A stretch of DNA of 63,116 nt, filler included, from Reclinomonas americana ATCC 50394 (Eukaryota): NCBI GenBank assembly GCA_048213135.1. It is 14 parts of 14 records of this genome, joined end to end, with 100 filler letters (N's around TTAATTAATTAA, not from the genome) between each part and the next. Parts side by side here need not be neighbours in the genome. Positions count along the whole stretch, not along the records: positions 55,499 to 63,116 come from AFZH01018315.1; 13 more parts are not named here. One strand, given 5' to 3'. Of the stretch, positions 57,291-63,116 are shown piece after piece (position 1 is the first letter of the stretch; each line of letters opens with the position of its first letter). The notes beneath the pieces were generated by a model. The model saw only the letters and a list, made by a program, of their open reading frames with translations. It searched no databases and had not been told where the DNA came from. The translations under genes were made by a program, and so were the position numbers.

Positions 57291-58583
57291 ATGCGCCGCG
57301 TGAGAGCACCCCACGTGCGCCCCGACTGGCCGCACCGCGTCGAGCAACTCGGCTTCACCTACCACACCGACCCCGACGGCCACCCGTACTGGTGCGAGTC
57401 GCACATGTATGAGCTGTCGGAGCGACTGGTCGACGAGGTGCAAGAGTGCACGCGTGAGGTGCACGGACTGTGCATGCGCGCGGTGGAGCATGTTGTGCGC
57501 GACGATGAGCTGCTGCGGCAGTTTCAGGTGGCCGAGTGGGTGTGGCCACTGGTGCGGCGCTCGTGGCGCGAGGAGGCCGAGCATGCGGTGTATGGGCGCT
57601 TTGACATTGCGGTCAGTAGGGAGGAGGATGGTGTGCCGCCCAAGGTGCTGGAGTACAATGCCGACACGCCGACCACTCTGCTGGAGTGCTCGCTCGTGCA
57701 ACGACAGTGGCTGGAGGAGGTGATGCCGCCCGGGACGCAGCAGTGCAATCGCGTGCACGACTCGCTGGTGGCGGCGTGGAGACACCAGCTGTCTCTCCTC
57801 GACGGTTCGCAGCAGGTGCTGCACCTGGCCCACGAGGCCGGCCACCGCGAAGACACGGCCACGGTGCAGTACATGGCGCGTGCGGCGCGTGAGGGCGGCT
57901 GGCCGCACACGAAGGTGTTGTCGATGCAGGACTTGGGTTACTGCTCGGAGCGGCGGTGCTTTGTGGATCTGGAGGACGAGCCGGTGCGTGCGCTCTTCAA
58001 GTTGTACCCGTGGGAGTGGCTGCTGGCGGAGCCGTTTGCCAAGCTGCTGGTGGTGGACGGCGATCGCACGTGCATTCCGCTGATGGTGGAGCCGCCGTGG
58101 AAGATGTTGTTGTCGAACAAGGCGATTCTGGCGGTGCTGTGGGATCTCTTTCCCGATCACCGCAACCTGCTGCCGGCGGTGGTGGAGACGCCGGGGGAGA
58201 CGCACGAGAGCATTGTGCGGCGACTTGGTGGTGGTGGTGGAGGAGGGTACGTGCGGAAGCCGCTGCTGGGGCGGCAGGGCGAGAGTGTGCGGGTGGTGGA
58301 TGCGGAGGGGAGGGTGTGCACGGAGGTCAAGGGCACGTATGGGGAGGAGGGTTTCGTGTGTCAGGCGTTTCATCCGATTGCGGTGTTTGAGGGGGGGAGG
58401 CATGCGGTGGTGGGGTCGTGGGTGGTGGGGGGTGGGGGAGGTGGTAGGGGAGGGGTGGAGGCGGTGGGGTTGTCGGTGAGGGAGGATGCGACGTGTGTGA
58501 CGACGGATGGGAGTTTTTTTGTGCCGCAGGTGGTGGTGGGGGGGAGGGGGGAGGAAGAGGAGGAGAGGGAGAGGGAGGAGTGA
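57291..58583 (+). CDS. Glutathionylspermidine-synthase-family ATP-grasp ligase, YgiC/YjfC-like; intronless
   Basis: RPDW..LGFTYHT..PYWCE, YGRFD, KVLEYNADTPTTLLE, LFKLYPWEWL, EPPWKMLLSNKAILAVLWDLFPDHRNLLPA, YVRKPLLGRQG, GSWVV..VRED..T..SFFVP. Single 430-aa ORF. Confidence 0.9.
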   Translation: MRRVRAPHVRPDWPHRVEQLGFTYHTDPDGHPYWCESHMYELSERLVDEVQECTREVHGLCMRAVEHVVRDDELLRQFQVAEWVWPLVRRSWREEAEHAVYGRFDIAVSREEDGVPPKVLEYNADTPTTLLECSLVQRQWLEEVMPPGTQQCNRVHDSLVAAWRHQLSLLDGSQQVLHLAHEAGHREDTATVQYMARAAREGGWPHTKVLSMQDLGYCSERRCFVDLEDEPVRALFKLYPWEWLLAEPFAKLLVVDGDRTCIPLMVEPPWKMLLSNKAILAVLWDLFPDHRNLLPAVVETPGETHESIVRRLGGGGGGGYVRKPLLGRQGESVRVVDAEGRVCTEVKGTYGEEGFVCQAFHPIAVFEGGRHAVVGSWVVGGGGGGRGGVEAVGLSVREDATCVTTDGSFFVPQVVVGGRGEEEEEREREE

Positions 58584-58605
58584 AGTGGTGCATGTAATGA
58601 GCATC

Positions 58606-58611
58606 AATAAA
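58606..58611 (+). promoter_or_regulatory. Candidate polyadenylation signal AATAAA
   Basis: AATAAA lies 22 nt after the YgiC-like stop, in the 38-bp interval between convergent stops. Confidence 0.4.
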
Positions 58612-58621
58612 AGTGTTCATT

Positions 58622-61600
58622 TCAGAGCAGGGTGCACAGCTTGTTCAGCTGCGAATCGGGCAAGAATGGATCAAAAGTGCCGATAATGCGTTCCAGCAAT
58701 TCACCTCGTTCGTGTACACGATACACATGAATTGCTGCTCCGCAAGCTCGGACGGTTAGACCAGCTCTCAAAGAAGTGCACGGTAACAGGCTTTCAAGGT
58801 AGGCTATCGAATCCTGCCGCACTTCCACACCACTTGCCAGCGACCACAGTCGAACTGTCTTGCCGTAACTGCCAATCACAACTTGAAGTCCATCGGGAGT
58901 GAATGCAACGGAGTTTACCCCCCCAACATGTCCCTCAAATCGTCGTAATTCTTCTCCATTCGCCAGTGTCCAAACACGTACCGTATTGTCCTCACTCCCA
59001 CTCACAACATGCTGACCATCAGGAGAGACGGCGACAGACTTCACTCCTCCAGTGTGTCCCTTCATCCGTCGCACTATTTTCCCACCAGCCAATGCCCACA
59101 CACGCACTATCCTGTCAGAACCCCCACCTACAACGTGCAAGCCATCAGGAGAAATGACAACAGACTTCACTCCTCTGGTGCGTCCCTTCAACCGTTGGAC
59201 TTCTTCTCCACAAGCCGATGACCACACTCTCATTGTCTCGTCGTCACACACGCTCACAACATAACGGCAATCGGGAGTAACAGCGACAGACTGCACGGGG
59301 GCATAGTGTCCCTCAAATCGCTGCACCACCTCGCCACTGGATATTGTCCACACACGGACTGTCATGTCCATACTCCCACTGACAGCGAACTGGCCATCAG
59401 GGGTAATTGCAACAGCAGTCACATAGTCTGCGTGTCCCTCCAACCGTCTCACTTCTTCGCCGCACACGGCAGACCATACGCGTATTGGTACAATGTCGCT
59501 GCTCTTCGACTCGTGTCGAGTACTCAATCGGACACCGCTAGATACTTCACGTACATCACGCACCATGACGCGTTGCTCAACATTAACGTTTGCCATAGAC
59601 CACACTCGAACAGTTCCATCGCTGCTGCCACTCACAATGTAGTGACCATCAGGAGTGACGGAGACCGACGAAACTGCTCCACTGTGCCCCTCTAATCGTT
59701 GCTCTTCTTGTCCACTCATCAGAGACCACACTCGCACTGTCTTGTCACTACTTCCACTCACAATGCGCTTATTAGGAGAGATGGCAACCGACCACACAGC
59801 AGCAGTGTGTCCCTCCATCCTTAGTAATTCACGTCCACTCGCCAGCGACCAAAGTCGCACTGTCTTATCCCGGCTACCACTAACGATGTGCTTTCCACAA
59901 GAAGTGAGAGCGACAGACATAACTGCATCAGAGTGTCCGTCTAACCGTCGTACTTCCTCTCCACTCGCCAGCGACCACAGTTGCACTGTGTTATCACTGC
60001 ATCCCCTCACGACGTGCAGGCTGTCTGGAGTGACAGCGACAGACGACACCCAGCCTGTGTGTCCATCCCACCGTCGCACCTCCTTCCCACTTGCCAACGA
60101 CCACACACGTACCGCATCGTTTAGATGGCGGCTGACACTGACAATGTGCTGCCCATCGGGAGTAATGGCAACGGAATTTACCCCATCCGTGTGTCCCTCC
60201 AACCGTTGGACCTCGTCGCCACTTGTCACTGACCACACCCGTACAGTCTTGTCCGCACTACCACTAACAATGTGCTGACCATCAGGAGTGATGGCAACAG
60301 ACATTACCAAGCCAGTGTGCCCCTCTAACCGTCGTACTTCCTCTCCATTTGCCAGCGACCATATCTGCACTGCTCTGCCGTTACCCACACTCACAATGTG
60401 CTGACCATCAGGAGTGGCAGCTATTGATAGCATATTAAATGAAGCATTCCGTACAGGTTCCTTCCCGCCGGCAACATTTGCTCCTCTAAAATCCGCCTCC
60501 CTCGCATACGCCATGCACCAATTCACCCCCCACATATCCGCTTCCCTCCACACCGTCCTGTGCATCACTGCATCCCTCAAATCCGCACCCCTCACTCGCA
60601 CACCCGACAAATCGCGCCCACTGAACGACACTTGTGCCACACACAACAGCGTTGCTGCATTCGCCGATGCCGTCACCAAACGTTCCTCATCCATCTCTCG
60701 TGACAAATAAACCACCTCCCACAATCTCGCTTGCAACTCAGGAGACCGTCGCACCACCTCGGCCATCTGATCCACCAACGATGGTCGATCATTCAGCAAT
60801 CGCACACCCAGCACATGTTGTTGCACATCCTGCATTGTCAATCTCCTCTCTTCATCCCACGTCTCCCATGCAAACACATGCCTTGCCACACAGTGCTCCA
60901 GCAACGATAGATGGACGAATCCCCACTGATCCGTCCCATACCGTCGCACAATCGGACAGCACACTCGCACATGCTGGTTCTTGTGGCCGAGGAACTTGTC
61001 GAACGGTCCCTCTTCCACTCGTCGCAAAGCGAGTGGCGCACCACCAAAGTCGTCCTCCTCTTCCTCTCCGTCATCACCTGCTCGATTCTCTATCACAGAC
61101 ACACGCACCACATTCCTCTCGTGCATCAACCGCGCAAGTCCCTCACAAAATGAGAGACACGTCACCTCACTCGGCACACGCTCCGCACCGAGGCGCGTCT
61201 GCCTCTCCTGCTCCCTCTCAACCCACTGTCGAATGAATCGGTCAAACACATCATACCGGGTCGGACGTTGTAAACCACTCGCCACCAACTGCGGCAACAC
61301 GCGAGACACCACTGCCAGCAGGAACGGATTCGACACCAGTGCATCAAGTCCATGCACACTCTCCAATGCATGAAAATACTCCTCGGCAGTCGACCATCGC
61401 ACTTCACCGTCATCATCATCATCATCATCACCCACTTGCACCAGTCGCTCAAAGTACTCTTCAATCTGCGCCTTGTTGAATGGCGCAATGTGCCGCTCCA
61501 GCAGCTGCCGCATGCACAACTGTCCGCGTGCATCCACCGGTGCAAAGTATCGTCGATACTGCGTCGCTCCACCCAATGCCGTCAGTGCGTAATCGCCGCG

Positions 61601-63033
61601 ACAGGTGATAATCACCTTCACATCGCGACACACATCCAGCTGATTCTTGACAAACAGATTCACACCACGATACAATTCATCGTACCCGTCAAGCAACAAC
61701 AGCAGCGGTTCCTCCTTCAACCGTCGCACATCCGACTCGCTGAATCCCAACTCGGGTGACAATCGCTCCAGTGCCTCCTCCAACAGCCGCTCATCGGCAT
61801 TGTGCAGTGCACCGAGAGGCACACGCACAGGCACTCGTCTGCTCTCCCTCGACTGCCACTGCCGCCAAGCTCGCTCAGCGAGCACCGACATGGTGGTGGT
61901 CTTGCCGGCTCCACTGTTGCCAAACAGTACCAGCACACGCTGGGAGGTGTTGGCGTTGGAGAGGAAAGCATCCACCTCCGTCAACAGATCTGTCATCCTG
62001 TCTCTCGATGAGACGTCACGCTCACGAGAGCATAGCAGTGGCACATACATCTGCATGTCCTTGTGCACACTCTCGTCGTGCTGGTAATAGTCTAGCTCTC
62101 TGTGGCAAAACTCCTGGACACCTACAACAAGTGTGATGAAGGTGGTCAGACACAACACGCAAGTCCTATGTAAGGCCAAACAAGAAAAAACATGGAGCTG
62201 CTCACCTGGGTGCAGACTCAGACGGAACTCATCGAGTTCCTTTTCTGCGAGACGGTGCCTGTGTACGGCCGCTTGATCTCGGGACCGCTGACGAATGTTT
62301 TGCAGCTTGAACTCGACTTGCTCATGCCAGATAGGCAGTGGTAAGTGTCCGTCCTCGTTGGTGACATCCACGAGCGCCCGCACATACGGAGTTTCATTCG
62401 CTGGAAATCGAGTGCATACAAACTCAGCAAGCAACAGAAGGAATACTGCACTCACGCGACTCACCACCCTCGTGTGCTTCCAGTTCGTGATAACTGGCAA
62501 AGCCAACAAAAACGTTTTCTACTAGAACTCTCTCGTCAACTGGACGCACAGTCTGCGGACGTGACCTACATCCGTATATATCATGGATATGTGAGTGGCA
62601 GCAACACGTGATGCAATGCGTCAACCCACTCGCATACCTATCGACGGTACGGCAGCAGTTCATCAACAAAATAACCACCGCGCGTCTCGAGGTCATCAGA
62701 CGCAGACGCTGCATGCAGTATTCCACCAGTTTCAGTGACTTGTCTCCGCTCGCCTGCACGCTCGTTATCAGCACATCTTCTCAACGACGAACTCAAGGAG
62801 CGACACACTCACCAAACGTGACCTGGAGATCTGGTTGACATCGAATGGGAGGAGCAACAAGTCTCGGTCGATCGCCAGCCCGTGACCGGAGAAGAAAAAC
62901 AACACACATTCACACTCCTCATCGACCTCCCCATCCGCGAACTTGTTAAACACGGAGTGCATGTCATCGCCCATCACATTGGGAGACCGGGAGACATGAA
63001 AACCGATATCCTCAAGCACCGGCTGCAACAAAG
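58622..63033 (-). CDS. NLR-like STAND protein: caspase-family (C14) protease - NACHT - pentapeptide repeats - about 14 WD40; 5' end outside window
   Basis: Exons 62813-63033, 62638-62753, 62465-62565, 62206-62400 and 58622-62121 join in phase. FFFSGHG and ILLMNCCR; Walker A GNSGAGKTT, Walker B LLLLDGYDEL, IITCR, NPFLL; pentapeptide run at about 60475-60630; WD40 array at about 58700-60440. Confidence 0.9.
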
Positions 63034-63047
63034 CTGGACACGGAAGC

Positions 63048-63092
<45 letters not shown>

Positions 63093-63116
63093 AGAGATAG
63101 ATACGTAGAACAGACG

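Noticed and set aside
57171..58607. 478-aa antisense ORF; similar shadow ORFs at 45323-46210, 49625-50770 and 52469-53536
   Set aside because: They are opposite-strand shadows of GC-rich genes with clear family motifs and carry no independent motifs.

Overview
Eukaryotic, intron-rich genomic scaffold, probably from an aerobic unicellular eukaryote; I cannot name the species. It is broken by 13 placeholder gaps (44N-TTAATTAATTAA-44N). Left to right: the 3' end of an ankyrin-repeat gene; a minus-strand tandem array of Gly2-initiated ankyrin / coiled-coil / IRAK-Pelle(RLK)-type kinase paralogues; an ANKRD13-like gene ending in two WW domains; FIBP; three tandem GT77-like glycosyltransferases; pyruvate dehydrogenase E1 beta; two unknown genes, one Met/Gln-rich with a long coiled coil; DDX11/Chl1 helicase; secreted GH15-like and GH79 glycosidases; an intronless YgiC-like glutathionylspermidine-synthase-family gene; and an NLR-like gene. 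Two candidate new systems stand out. (1) Spliced by hand, the NLR-like gene reads caspase-family protease (SGHG...NCCR) + NACHT + pentapeptide + about 14 WD40 repeats in one chain. (2) The ankyrin-kinase array varies mainly at DARPin-type binding positions on a near-constant scaffold, suggesting a diversifying receptor-kinase family. All exon models come from manual reading of GT-AG sites and codon phase, not from RNA data or database searches.
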